A stretch of 64,000 nt of DNA from Candidatus Bathyarchaeota archaeon (GCA_029907545.1 JARYLR010000003.1:23090-87089); one strand, 5' to 3'; counted from the first letter of the stretch, positions 28,242 through 38,557 are shown. Numbers and translations are program-made. The notes: generated by a model from the sequence alone, not told the origin.

Positions 28242-29525
28242 TTATGGGTAGAATCTTCTTGTAGTGCGTGGAAAAGGTATAGCGTCTATTATGTTTTCTA
28301 GGTCAAGCATCCATGTCAAAAGCCTTTCCAAGCCCATCCCGAAGCCGACATGCGGAACTGTGCCGTAACGCCTCAGATCCAGATACCATTCATAGTCATC
28401 AGTCTTCAACCCCATCTCCTTGATTCTCGCAACCAAAGTATCCTTGTCGTCTTCTCTTGCTCCGCCCGTGGAGATTTCGCCTATTCTCGGCACTAGAATG
28501 TCAGTTGACATCGCTATGTCTGGTCTGTCGCGGTGCGTTTTGCAGTAGAAAGCCTTAATCTGCTTGGGATAATCGTAGATGAAGAAGGGTTTACCGAACT
28601 CCTCTGCTAAAGCCTTCTCGTGCTCATACCCCAGATCCTCGCCCCACATTACTTTGAAGCCCTTCGCCTTCAGCCGTTCAATGCCTTCAGTATAGGTGAT
28701 CTTGGGAAATGGTGGTTTGACCAAAGCCAGCTTGGACATGTCTGCCTTTAACTCGGCAAACTCTTCTTTACACTGCTCAGTCGCTCTCTGACAGATATGG
28801 GCTAAAAGCCCCTCTTCCAGCCGCATTAAATCTTCCATGTCCGCAAACGCTTGCTCAGCCTCGATATGCCAATACTCCGTCAAGTGTCTAATCGTCCGGC
28901 TTTTCTCAGCGCGGAACGACGGGGCAACACAGTAAACCTTCTCCAGAGAATAGATGAGGATTTCAAGATAGAGTTGAGCGCTCTGGGTCAAATACATGTT
29001 CTGATCGAAATACTTTAAACCGAAAAGCGTTGAGCCGCCTTCGCAGGCGCTTGTGATGAACATCGGCGGAGAGACCTCAACGAAGCCTTGACTTTCAAAA
29101 AACTCGTCGGTAAACTTTTGCACTTTGCCGCGAACCCTCATAATCAGGCTCATGCGGCGGCTTCGAAGCCAAAGGTGTCTAACGTCGCGCAGAAACTCTT
29201 CGCTTTTATCCTTGGAAATTGGAAACAGCTCAGCCAAGCCTACAATAGAAATCGCGTCTACCGACAGCTCATAGCCGCCTACTGCCCGCTTGTCCTGTTT
29301 AACGGTGCCTTCAAGCGACAGAGAAGACTCAATCGTAAGCCTCTCCGCGTCAGCCCAAGCTGAACTGCCTGCTTTAACGGTGCACTGGATCACTCCTGTC
29401 GAGTCTCGGACAAGAATGAAAATGTTTTCTTTGCCTTCTCTCTTGCGGTAGACCCAGCCGCGGATTACAACTTTCGCGTTCTCATGCTTGCCTAAGAGGA
29501 TCTCCCTTATAGGTGTGAAGCGCAT
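28242..29525 (-). CDS. asnS: asparagine--tRNA ligase (class IIb; AspRS not fully excluded)
   Basis: 427 aa. An N-terminal OB fold (VVIRGWVYRKRE) is present. Motif 2 region SFRAEKSRTIRHLTEYWHIEAEQAF is closer to the AsnRS consensus (FRAE-x-S-x-T-x-RHL-x-E-F/Y-W) than to AspRS. Motif 3 is GFGMGLERLL. Confidence 0.75.
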   Translation of the reverse strand: MRFTPIREILLGKHENAKVVIRGWVYRKREGKENIFILVRDSTGVIQCTVKAGSSAWADAERLTIESSLSLEGTVKQDKRAVGGYELSVDAISIVGLAELFPISKDKSEEFLRDVRHLWLRSRRMSLIMRVRGKVQKFTDEFFESQGFVEVSPPMFITSACEGGSTLFGLKYFDQNMYLTQSAQLYLEILIYSLEKVYCVAPSFRAEKSRTIRHLTEYWHIEAEQAFADMEDLMRLEEGLLAHICQRATEQCKEEFAELKADMSKLALVKPPFPKITYTEGIERLKAKGFKVMWGEDLGYEHEKALAEEFGKPFFIYDYPKQIKAFYCKTHRDRPDIAMSTDILVPRIGEISTGGAREDDKDTLVARIKEMGLKTDDYEWYLDLRRYGTVPHVGFGMGLERLLTWMLDLENIIDAIPFPRTTRRFYP

Positions 29526-29586
29526 AGGCGTGAACCTTCCACTTCATTATTGACTTCAAACCTAAATGTCTATCTTTTCTCAGACT

Positions 29587-30885
29587 TCAGATTTCCTTAG
29601 TCGTCGATTCAAACACCTTAAGATACACAAACAAACATATAGGCACAGTGGCTACCGCCAACATGACGAACGGCAGAGGCTTCCATACATAAGCGTAGAG
29701 AACCCCGACCAAAAGCTGAGTAAGCGCTTGGCTTAGGTATATGAAGAACTGGCTGCAGCCCACGACCTTTCCCCTGTACTCTCTCGGCGTCAAGTCGCCT
29801 AAAAGAGACTGATAGCTGCTTGATTGAAGCATCTGCCCCAAGCCGAAAAAGAAGAACGCCGGCAGAAGCTGGTAAAAGTCTGCATTGATGAAAATCAGCA
29901 TGGCTGGACCATAGCAGAAGTAGCCAGCAATAAGAAACCGCTTCCGCCCTGCTCTGTCCATTCGGAGACCAGCGACAATTGTGGGCATCGCTATGCTCAG
30001 CGACATGAAAGCCATCACAAGCGCCCACTGAAACTTCTCAATTTCCAGTACCTCCAAGGCGTAGACAACGAAGTAGGTGTTGCATCCAGCGATCAGACTG
30101 CTCATAACCGCGTTGGATACAAACATGTGAAGAACAGCTTTAGGCACTTTCCGCCACACAGCAAGACTTTCTCGCACCGAACGCGGATACTCACGCAAAG
30201 CCTCAAAAAAGCCGGGACGAATGCTTCCCTCCGCCGAAGGCAAAGTTTCTCTAAGCTTCGCCCGAAGCAAGGCTGCGGCAAAGTAGGCAACCGTCACAAT
30301 TCCATAGGCTATCCGCATGCCGAGATTAAACTGAAAAACCAGAATCAGATAGCCAGCAATTATCGCAGCCGGCAACCCAACAAGGTTCGTGATGACTGAT
30401 TGAAAAGTGAATCCGGCGCCGCGGCTCTCAGGCGAAACTGAGTCAAGCATCAACGCGAAAAGCGCTGGCTGATAAAGGAGACAAAAGTTCTGTATCATCA
30501 TTCCTAAAGCCACGTATTCCCACGAAGGAGCAAAAACAAAGAAAAGAGAAGACAGCGCCACGCCAAAAGTCATAGTATAAATCAGCCACCTCCTTCCATG
30601 CTTATCAGTAAAATATCCTCCTGGAAACTGCACCAAAGCCAGAGCCAGCATTCCCGCGAAATTTATCACTGACAGAGTGAAGTCATCTGCACCCAGCACG
30701 TCTTTGAAGTACTTGCTTGCGTACGTGTTGGGAATGGGCACGGCAAAAAACATGAGAACCCACGTTATCGTTATCAGTAGAAAATTGCCTTTAAGAAACG
30801 CGTATCTCTTGCGAAAACTTGAAACGGGTTCATCCTCTAGAGCATTAGGACACATGGATTTAAGCTGTAAGCAAGCAAACAGCAA
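29587..30885 (-). CDS. MFS transporter
   Basis: 432 aa with about 12 TM helices. It has the MFS loop motif GGYFTDKHGRRW. It is a paralogue of the gene at 62864-64000 (shared FPGGY..DK.GRRWLI.TMTFG...FF..APSW...LG...). Confidence 0.8.
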   Translation of the reverse strand: MLFACLQLKSMCPNALEDEPVSSFRKRYAFLKGNFLLITITWVLMFFAVPIPNTYASKYFKDVLGADDFTLSVINFAGMLALALVQFPGGYFTDKHGRRWLIYTMTFGVALSSLFFVFAPSWEYVALGMMIQNFCLLYQPALFALMLDSVSPESRGAGFTFQSVITNLVGLPAAIIAGYLILVFQFNLGMRIAYGIVTVAYFAAALLRAKLRETLPSAEGSIRPGFFEALREYPRSVRESLAVWRKVPKAVLHMFVSNAVMSSLIAGCNTYFVVYALEVLEIEKFQWALVMAFMSLSIAMPTIVAGLRMDRAGRKRFLIAGYFCYGPAMLIFINADFYQLLPAFFFFGLGQMLQSSSYQSLLGDLTPREYRGKVVGCSQFFIYLSQALTQLLVGVLYAYVWKPLPFVMLAVATVPICLFVYLKVFESTTKEI

Positions 30886-30924
30886 GATTCCACGCAGTCC
30901 ACAATTCTTAAATCGCCCACGTCA

Positions 30925-32325
30925 ATGCAGTATAACCCGAACACGATGCACAACCACGAAGGCAACGCCAAACTGTCAACTCTGAAAATCTCAACAATAG
31001 CCATAGCAAGCGTAGTCATCGTAGAAGTGTTCTTAGGTCAAGCTGTAGGCAGTCTAGCAATCCTAAGCGACGGCGCACACGCCTTGCTTGATGCATTGAC
31101 GACTTTTACGCTTTTTCTGGCAACACGCGCTTCTCTGAAACCGCCTGACGAAGATCACATGTACGGGCATGAGAAGTTTGAAACTATAGGCGGACTCGTC
31201 GGAGGCATAGTTCTCATAGGCGTAGCCTTGCTAATAATATACGAGGCAGTTGCCAGAATCCTTCAAGGCAGCCTTCACATCAATACTGAATTGGAGTATG
31301 CAGGTCTAATCGCCATAGGCTACACGTTCTGCATAGACTTCCTAAGAGTTGCCATTTTTCAAAAAGCTCACGTAGGCGAAAGCTCCACAATCAAAGCAGG
31401 ATTCTACCACGCAATCGCAGACCTAGTCTCCACGCTCATTGCGCTTCTCGGCTTTGGCTTGGCAATCGTAGGCATATACTACGGAGACGCTGTCGCCTCG
31501 ATAATATTAAGCGTTATGTTGACTTACATGAGCATCAAGCTGGCTTGGGGCTGCGTCATGGAGTTAAGCGACATCGTTCCAAGAAGCATAACAGAAAAAG
31601 TTAGAGATGAAATCTCAAAAACAAAAGGCGTTTCAAAATACAAAAATCTGCGGATAAGAAAGGCTGGCCAAAAAATATTCGCGGAAGCCACCGTTCAGAT
31701 TTCAAACCGCATGAGCCTAGAAGAAGCCCACGATTTGGTCTCGCGAATAGAGGAAAACCTGAAGGAAAGGCTGGGCAACGCAGAAGTGACGATTCACGTC
31801 GAGCCTACCGAGGAAGAAGTATCGACAAGGAGACTTGTGGAAAAGCTGGCAACTGAGGTTAAAGGCGTGCGGGATGCGCATGAAATAGACACGGTTTACA
31901 CGGGCGGGAGGCTGTACATCACTCTGCACGCGCAAGTGGATCCGAAACTTTCGGTGAAGGAAGCCCACGAAATAGCTGAGGAAATCGAGCGAAGCATAAA
32001 CGAGCAAATCAAGGATGTTGAGCACGTAACGGTTCACGTTGAGCCGTCTAGCTTCAAGCTGCGGAAAGGCGCCTCAGCGTACGAAGGCGAAATCAACCAG
32101 ATTATCAGAAAAACCGTAGAGAAATATGAGCCCGCTGTTAAAATAAGAAAGGTAGTGACATACGTAGCGGACAGAAAACGCTACATAAACATAGATTGCT
32201 GCTTCACCAAGCAAATTTCCATCGAAGAAGCCCACGAAATTGTTTCCAAGATTGAGAGCAACGTAAAAGAGCATTTTTCCGAGACAACGGTGACCGTTCA
32301 CATGGAAGAAGAGGCATCATGCTGA
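30925..32325 (+). CDS. cation diffusion facilitator (CDF) family metal efflux transporter with three tandem C-terminal cytoplasmic (ZT_dimer-like) domains
   Basis: 466 aa. The TM domain has HxxxD sites (HALLDA in TM2, HAIADL in TM5). It is followed by three repeats of the pattern ...EEAH-x-(I/L)-x3-IE-x11-17-(V/T)T(I/V)H(V/M)E(P/E). Confidence 0.85.
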   Translation: MQYNPNTMHNHEGNAKLSTLKISTIAIASVVIVEVFLGQAVGSLAILSDGAHALLDALTTFTLFLATRASLKPPDEDHMYGHEKFETIGGLVGGIVLIGVALLIIYEAVARILQGSLHINTELEYAGLIAIGYTFCIDFLRVAIFQKAHVGESSTIKAGFYHAIADLVSTLIALLGFGLAIVGIYYGDAVASIILSVMLTYMSIKLAWGCVMELSDIVPRSITEKVRDEISKTKGVSKYKNLRIRKAGQKIFAEATVQISNRMSLEEAHDLVSRIEENLKERLGNAEVTIHVEPTEEEVSTRRLVEKLATEVKGVRDAHEIDTVYTGGRLYITLHAQVDPKLSVKEAHEIAEEIERSINEQIKDVEHVTVHVEPSSFKLRKGASAYEGEINQIIRKTVEKYEPAVKIRKVVTYVADRKRYINIDCCFTKQISIEEAHEIVSKIESNVKEHFSETTVTVHMEEEASC

Positions 32326-32382
32326 AATCAGTTTCCAAAACTTGGGCAAAGCTATTGGAACAAAGAAAAATGGAGGGGTTCC

Positions 32383-34215
32383 CTAGGATAAGGGGATATT
32401 CTTGATTGGCGCCAAGTCGTCTAGACGGTTGAGCATGATCTTGCTTTCCGAAACCGTGTAGAGAACAGCTTCAATATACAGCGACCTTGTTACATACTTG
32501 CTAGACCGATATGCTGCCGCAGTCTGCTGATGAGTTACATTGCCTTTGAGGGCGATGCCTCCGCTTAGATCAATGTTGAAAACGTAAAGTCCCTGCCATG
32601 GCCAATATGAATAGTAGTGACTAAAGGGATCATATTCTCTTTGAGTTAGCGAAATCGGAAGAGCAAGCAAACTCTTGTTATAGTCAAATAGAAACGCCTT
32701 GTGATCATCTAAGGCTAGTGAATACGACCAATCCGCGTTAACCATGTACTGACCCTTTTCACTTGGCGAGCTCACGTTTGAAACATCGAACAGCGTTATC
32801 TTCACATTGCTTGAATCAATTCCTACGCCAATTATGTGATCCGCGTCATAAGGATGCAGGTAACGAGTGAATCCTGGTATCTTCAAATAGCCCAAAATCT
32901 TCGGCTCAGTAGCGTTTTCGACGTCTATGACAAAAAACGGGTCTCGCTGTACTACCGAGGTTGACAGATAGCAACGATTTCCAATAAATCTAGCAGAATC
33001 AAACCTTTCGCCAGCCGCAATGCCTGTTAATCTTCCAACAACCGTCAGATTCATGTCTAAAGCAAACAAGTTGCTTGAAGGAACCCAAGAAGCATTTCTT
33101 GTCTCTGTTGCAATCCTGAAGTATCCTTTGTATTCATCCATCGAAAACTGTCCAAGCACCTGCCCGGCTACGGTTCCATGCGCCTCTTCTTCTAGTTCAC
33201 GTCCCTGCATTCTTATTCGGTAGATCGCGGTCTGACTCTCATGGGTTAAGTGGGTTTCCTTTGGATAGGTCACGTAGATGTTCTGCAGTGAAACGTACAT
33301 GTGGCTGGTTCCACCAATCATTAGCGTTAGGTGGTTTGGCTCGTCGCTTGTATCTTGGATGTTCATGGCGACGACCGTTGAATACACGTAGTAGTTATCT
33401 GTACCATCAGAGTAGTAGATTTCAGGTGGAGCGATCTCTCTTATTCTGCTAGCCGTGTACAGCTTCGGCAGAATCACGGTGTCGTAGATGATAAAGGCTG
33501 GTTGGCTTACAACGAAGTAGACATAGTCTCCAATCATTCTCGAGTTGAAGTAGCTTCCGCTTATAGTGAAGTTTGTCAGAAGAACAGGATGCGCTTTGTC
33601 TGAGACATCGTAGACGTTTGCGAAAGTTTTGACGTTAATCAAATGCGTGTACCAGTAAATGCCCCTTGACATAGCATATTGCGAGCCTAAGACTACGAGT
33701 CTATTGTTGTTGATGAAGATTTCCCACGGATACGTAGAGTTGCCGAATGATATACTTGTAATGATTTCAGCTTCTTCAGGGGGGTACGCTTTCAAAATGA
33801 AAACTTTTCCATTTGACACGACATATATGTATCCGCCTTCGTTTTTCACAGTATCTGCCTCGTCAACGCCTAGAACCTGAATATTCGTGCTAGAAGATTG
33901 AAGTGACTGATCATCTGTGCCTGAGAAAACCGGGCTCGGTGAGATTAGTGCTTCTTCATGTTGCTCTGTACGCTGGTATGTCGCATCGAAGGAACTGAAA
34001 TACGCATAGGGAGTATAGGTTCCGGCGCGAGTTATCAGAAAATTTCTGATCTCTTCGTAGGAAGAGAATGTTTCCAATGCCTGAGTGACTTGAGGTATAG
34101 GCTGAACATCTAGTGGAAGGATGCCAACGCCGATACAGAGTGCTCCGATGCATATTGCTAGAAGAATCGCTGTAGCGCCATAGAAGATCGTTTTCTTTTT
34201 AATCTCTCTCTGCAT
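32383..34215 (-). CDS. secreted/membrane-anchored beta-propeller domain protein (Beta_propel, PF09826-like)
   Basis: 610 aa. An N-terminal TM anchor (IFYGATAILLAICIGALCIGVGIL) is present. The block VLGVDEADTVKNEGGYIYVVSNGKVFILKAYPPEEAEI is characteristic of this family. Confidence 0.7.
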   Translation of the reverse strand: MQREIKKKTIFYGATAILLAICIGALCIGVGILPLDVQPIPQVTQALETFSSYEEIRNFLITRAGTYTPYAYFSSFDATYQRTEQHEEALISPSPVFSGTDDQSLQSSSTNIQVLGVDEADTVKNEGGYIYVVSNGKVFILKAYPPEEAEIITSISFGNSTYPWEIFINNNRLVVLGSQYAMSRGIYWYTHLINVKTFANVYDVSDKAHPVLLTNFTISGSYFNSRMIGDYVYFVVSQPAFIIYDTVILPKLYTASRIREIAPPEIYYSDGTDNYYVYSTVVAMNIQDTSDEPNHLTLMIGGTSHMYVSLQNIYVTYPKETHLTHESQTAIYRIRMQGRELEEEAHGTVAGQVLGQFSMDEYKGYFRIATETRNASWVPSSNLFALDMNLTVVGRLTGIAAGERFDSARFIGNRCYLSTSVVQRDPFFVIDVENATEPKILGYLKIPGFTRYLHPYDADHIIGVGIDSSNVKITLFDVSNVSSPSEKGQYMVNADWSYSLALDDHKAFLFDYNKSLLALPISLTQREYDPFSHYYSYWPWQGLYVFNIDLSGGIALKGNVTHQQTAAAYRSSKYVTRSLYIEAVLYTVSESKIMLNRLDDLAPIKNIPLS

Positions 34216-34288
34216 TTCAACTGCACCTCTTTAGCAATGCTTCTTGATCTTATATTATGCTACGCCTTGGTACAGCCTATTCTAGAAA

Positions 34289-34618
34289 TTAGAACGGTCG
34301 TAGAGACCAGACTCGCGCAGCCTCGTACCAAAAGATCGCCGCGACTATTGCCCCAAAAAGGATTATGAACATGCTTTCTCCCGTGAATTTCTCCATGAAG
34401 AAGGGAACATAGAGAATGCATGCAGCTGTCGAAAAAACTGCGTAAAAGAAATATCTTGGAAAAAGAAGCCTTCCGAGCTTGACAAAGTGGCGGAGCACAC
34501 CAATCTTCACCTCACCAACCAGCAAATATTGACCTGTAACCTCCTGTTTCTGCACCAATCCAAGCCCGCGCAGCTGCTCAAGATGGTGTTGGGCAACACT
34601 TGGGCTACTGAAATGCAA
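34289..34618 (-). CDS. winged-helix domain protein with two C-terminal TM helices (5' end uncertain)
   Basis: The ORF as tracked starts at TTG inside the wHTH. The same frame stays open upstream to 34726 (VVEETSLDYALRGKDWQVYWLLLKNGRGLTVREVQRAL-HFSSPSVAQHHLEQLRGLGLV), but that stretch contains no ATG/GTG/TTG. Confidence 0.5.
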   Translation of the reverse strand: MHFSSPSVAQHHLEQLRGLGLVQKQEVTGQYLLVGEVKIGVLRHFVKLGRLLFPRYFFYAVFSTAACILYVPFFMEKFTGESMFIILFGAIVAAIFWYEAARVWSLRPF

Positions 34619-34904
34619 AGCCCTTTGAACTTCACGAACCGTGAGCCCTCGACCATTTTTGAGGAGAAGCCAGTAGACCTGCCAGTCTTTGCCTCTAAGC
34701 GCGTAGTCAAGGCTTGTCTCTTCTACAACTCACCGACTTTTGCTCCTATGTTAGGATTTATGCCTCTGGAACATATAATTCCAGCTATTAGAACAGCAAG
34801 CAGCACGGCCAAATTCAAAGTTTCACATTTCTGATAGCGTCACAAGCTAACCAATGATCATAATAATAGCCAAACGATGTCTCTCGCTGAAATCCCTGCC
34901 GTAT

Positions 34905-35753
34905 CTAGAACGCGCCGAAAATAAACGCCAGCAAACCAGTAAGAAACCAGAAAAGAACCACGTTTTTAACTCTTCTAGCGTTCTCACGAGAATGACCCTT
35001 CAGAAGCATCAGAGAAGACGCAACCAACCCAACATCAGTAACAGCTACGAGTGGAACAAACCAAAAAGAAACCATGCCGAAAAACCATGGAACAGGGCTC
35101 AGCAAGACACCTAGAAGATAGAAGAACGCAGAGGCAAATGCCGCATTCCTTTCCCCATAGCGCACCGCCACAGTCTTTACACCTCGTGCCCTATCACCTT
35201 GAACATCAACAATTCCCTTCGTTATCTCCCTGCCTGTGTAGGAAAGGAAAACTATTCCAGCGAAAACAAGAACCTTAAGCTCAATCACTTCTGCCACTGC
35301 AAGGCTGCCATAAACGAAGGGTATGGCTACGCAGAGGCTAACAAGAAAGTTGCCGCCAAGTCCACTGCGTTTTCCGATGGTGGTGTACGCCATGGACACT
35401 GTCCAAGAGACAGCCGCGACCAAGAGACAGTAAAAATTATTCAAGTATGCGGAAACCATGCCTACTACAGAAAAGACAGCAGCCACAGCTAAAGCCTCTT
35501 GCGGCTTGATTTGACCGCTTGGAATTGGACGGCTCGGCTCGTTCACCGCATCAATCTCTCTATCGTAACAATCGTTTACAGCCATCGACGCCGCAGTCAA
35601 GGCGAACCCCGCAGTGAAACCGTAAGCAAGGCTTGACCAAGAACCCAGTAGACTTGTCGAGTCTGCAAGTGCAGCACCAACGATGACAGCGAAGCCGATC
35701 ATCGCACAATTTATCGGGCGCAGCAAACGCACAAAGGCGGCAGATCTACCCAT
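34905..35753 (-). CDS. UbiA-family prenyltransferase, (S)-2,3-di-O-geranylgeranylglyceryl phosphate synthase-like
   Basis: 282 aa with about 8-9 TM helices. It has the Asp-rich motif NDCYDREIDAVNEPSRPIPSG and an N-terminus (LLRPINCAMIGFAVIVGA) typical of DGGGP synthase. Confidence 0.78.
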   Translation of the reverse strand: MGRSAAFVRLLRPINCAMIGFAVIVGAALADSTSLLGSWSSLAYGFTAGFALTAASMAVNDCYDREIDAVNEPSRPIPSGQIKPQEALAVAAVFSVVGMVSAYLNNFYCLLVAAVSWTVSMAYTTIGKRSGLGGNFLVSLCVAIPFVYGSLAVAEVIELKVLVFAGIVFLSYTGREITKGIVDVQGDRARGVKTVAVRYGERNAAFASAFFYLLGVLLSPVPWFFGMVSFWFVPLVAVTDVGLVASSLMLLKGHSRENARRVKNVVLFWFLTGLLAFIFGAF

Positions 35754-35880
35754 ACATCATCAAGCCCTTCAGTACACTGTAAGGGTCTTGTGAAGGTATG
35801 TTATAAAACCAGCGTTTAAGCTAGAAAGTTTAATACGCACATCTCAAATACTGAGTAAAAAGTCTGTCGGTGAAAAATTT

Positions 35881-37158
35881 TTGAACGACAACTACGCCGC
35901 AGAAAGGCTAAGAGTAATAATACCAGTTGGAGGCAAAGCAAAGAGACTGCTGCCGCTAACAGCAGAAACAAGCAAGGCATGCCTCCGACTCGTCAACAGG
36001 CCGCTAATCGAGTTCTCACTGCTCTCTCTGGCAAAACAGGGAATCAGAAACTACATCTTCGGAGTAAAAGGCTACACAAACTACAGAGACCTACACGACT
36101 ATTTTGAATCAGGCTACGGCTTCTCCACACGATACGGCATACAGCCACGCGTCCACATAAAATACCAGCCCAATGTCGAAGACGTCGGAAGCGCTGACTC
36201 AGCGAGAATAAACATGGAATACTACGACGTGGAAGACCCCGTTTTCGCCGTGCAAGGGGATAACATCTTTGACGTAGACGTTAAGGAAATTGTTGATTTT
36301 CACGAGAAAAAAGGAGCAGTCATGACCATAGCTCTAAGAGAAGTAGAAAACGTAGAAGGCTACGGAATAGCAGACATAAACAAGGAAAGAGGGATTTCTA
36401 GATTTGTTGAAAAACCCTCACGAAAAGAGGCACCGTCAAATCTTGCAAACACCGGCTTGTACGTGGTTTCACCCGAGATAAGGCAGATATTTAAAGAAAA
36501 GGAAATCAAGCACATAATCAAGCAGACAAATCGCCTAGATTTCGGTTTCGACTTCATTCCCTACCTCATAAAAACAGGCAGACCGGTCTACGGCTACACT
36601 TTGAAAGGAAGCTGGTATGACGTAGGCACCCCTAAACGCTACTTGGAAGCCGTGCACGACATGCTTAGCGGATGCTTTCTCTCCCTAACCGATTTTGGCG
36701 GAAGAATAGGCGAGAAAAAGAGGGTATGGGTTCAAGGTGAAAGCGTAGAAGCCATGAAAAGCCGAAAAGAAATCATACGTAAAGTCAAACAAGGCAAAAT
36801 AGAGCTCGAAGGCGCCGTCCTCATAGGAAGACACTGCAAAATCGCTGACGGTGTCAGAATAGTTAATTCATGCGTCGACAACTACACAAAAATAGACAAA
36901 GGCGCTGTCATAGAGAACTCTGCAATCATGGATCGAGTCATAGTTGAAGAAAAAACACTTATCAAAGAAAGCATCGTTGGAAGGCACGTGACCATAAAGT
37001 CTACTGCCAAGAAACAGACACGCATAGAAGCCGTTTCAGTAATTGCGGATGACGTGACGATCGCCGAAGGATGCAAGCTCGAAGCCACAAAAATCTATCC
37101 ACACCAATTCGTAAGAGGAGAATTCACTAACCAGACATTGATGGCAAGCTTAGAATAG
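35881..37158 (+). CDS. sugar-1-phosphate nucleotidyltransferase with C-terminal left-handed beta-helix domain
   Basis: 425 aa. It has the N-terminal NTP-transferase motif IIPVGGKAKRLLPLT. C-terminal hexapeptide-like repeats are present (IGRHCKIADGVRIVNSCVDNYTKIDKGAVIENSAI...). TTG start. Confidence 0.8.
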   Translation: MNDNYAAERLRVIIPVGGKAKRLLPLTAETSKACLRLVNRPLIEFSLLSLAKQGIRNYIFGVKGYTNYRDLHDYFESGYGFSTRYGIQPRVHIKYQPNVEDVGSADSARINMEYYDVEDPVFAVQGDNIFDVDVKEIVDFHEKKGAVMTIALREVENVEGYGIADINKERGISRFVEKPSRKEAPSNLANTGLYVVSPEIRQIFKEKEIKHIIKQTNRLDFGFDFIPYLIKTGRPVYGYTLKGSWYDVGTPKRYLEAVHDMLSGCFLSLTDFGGRIGEKKRVWVQGESVEAMKSRKEIIRKVKQGKIELEGAVLIGRHCKIADGVRIVNSCVDNYTKIDKGAVIENSAIMDRVIVEEKTLIKESIVGRHVTIKSTAKKQTRIEAVSVIADDVTIAEGCKLEATKIYPHQFVRGEFTNQTLMASLE

Positions 37159-37237
37159 GCTTGAAAAAGCACGTCTACGGATAAGTCGGAGAGGAACAAG
37201 CCCAATCTGATAGCGCCAACTCATGGCAACACTCAAA

Positions 37238-37795
37238 TCAAGCTCTAAACCACTTGAAAATCAGGTAACTTATCTTTCCCTTACCCAGATCGGGAACAGC
37301 GATTATGAAACGCTTACGCACCGTCGTAGCAAGCCGCCCTGCCTTAACAATCTCGGTTGCAGTCAACCCTACAGTCGCTTTCTTGACAGAAACCATAAAA
37401 GGAGCATGCTCAAAGCCTGGTCCCTGCTTGTAAACCGCAAAATCACAGCCAAACTTGATTCCAGGGGTGACGACTAGGCCTTTGCCACGAAGGTCTCGGT
37501 AGACTGCGTATTTTTCCTCAAATTCCTCGTATAACTGCTTGGCTTTCTTTTGAAGCGTTCTTAAGCCAACTTTTTTCTTTTCTTTTCCTTCGTAAACAAC
37601 TATTTTTTCTTCTTCAGCGAGATACAGCCCTTCCATGAGGTCAAGGATCAGCGGAACGGTGAATTCTGGGATTTTTGGTTTTGCGATGCCAAGGGGTTTA
37701 CCATAAAAACCGAGCTTGTAGAGGGTGGAGCCTTCAACAGGATCCCATGCTACTAGAAAGTTTTCGATGAACTCCACTTTGATTTTTCTAGGCAT
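37238..37795 (-). CDS. endA: tRNA-splicing endonuclease
   Basis: 185 aa. The C-terminal catalytic domain pattern is YRDLRGKGLVVTPGIKFGCDFAVYKQGPGFEHAPFMVSVK. Confidence 0.85.
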   Translation of the reverse strand: MPRKIKVEFIENFLVAWDPVEGSTLYKLGFYGKPLGIAKPKIPEFTVPLILDLMEGLYLAEEEKIVVYEGKEKKKVGLRTLQKKAKQLYEEFEEKYAVYRDLRGKGLVVTPGIKFGCDFAVYKQGPGFEHAPFMVSVKKATVGLTATEIVKAGRLATTVRKRFIIAVPDLGKGKISYLIFKWFRA

Positions 37796-37810
37796 CGGTT
37801 TCTTCGCCTA

Positions 37811-38494
37811 TTACATGATGAAGGATAAAATGCGCGCGGCATCGGCGGCGTCCTCGGCTTTGTCAGCGGAATCTTCTAGAAGCTGCAGCACGTCCCGTAT
37901 GAGGATCAAGGCTGGAAGGTCAATCTTGCTACCGAGGATCTTTATTTCAAGCTGACGATAGATCTCGTCGACAGCGCGCTCGGCGACCTCGACGTCTTTG
38001 GCTTTTTCCATTGTCTTGTTTGACCCGTAGCTAAGCATCATCATGGTTTCTCTAAGCTTCAAAGTTGCCTCCAGAACTGTTTCCGAGAGTTTCAGCAGAT
38101 CCTTCTTTATGTCCATTGGAATGTGCCAGTCATGCTCCATGATCTGGAGAATGCGGAAAGCAATGCCTTCGCAGAAATCTGCAATCTCGCTTGTAAGGTT
38201 AGTGAACCTCAAGAAGTCTTCTCTGCTCAGCAGAATTGCCCCGATCTCTGCCAGTTCATGCGAGACTAGACGCCTTGCCTTGTCAACTTCGTCTTCTGCA
38301 CTTCGGATCTCGTTGAAAAGCCGTCTCGCCGTTTCCTTATCGCCATTAATTAGACAGTCCATTATTTGGGGAACCTTCCTAGCCAAGTCAAAGACTAGTC
38401 TAAGATGTTCCTGACAAACGCTCAGCGCTCTTCTCTTCACACGTTCCTCTGTTTCTGCTGGCAACACCAAGTTTCTTCCCCGCCTACAAAGCAA
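37811..38494 (-). CDS. DUF47/TIGR00153 (PhoU-like) family protein
   Basis: 227 aa, all helical. It has EDEVDKARRLVSHEL and VDEIYRQLEIKIL motifs as in the DUF47/PhoU-like superfamily. Confidence 0.6.
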   Translation of the reverse strand: MLCRRGRNLVLPAETEERVKRRALSVCQEHLRLVFDLARKVPQIMDCLINGDKETARRLFNEIRSAEDEVDKARRLVSHELAEIGAILLSREDFLRFTNLTSEIADFCEGIAFRILQIMEHDWHIPMDIKKDLLKLSETVLEATLKLRETMMMLSYGSNKTMEKAKDVEVAERAVDEIYRQLEIKILGSKIDLPALILIRDVLQLLEDSADKAEDAADAARILSFIM

Positions 38495-38557
38495 GGCATT
38501 TTCTTACAGCACACTAGTTATGCTGAAGTATTAAAAAAGGTAACGAAAACTCGGCTT

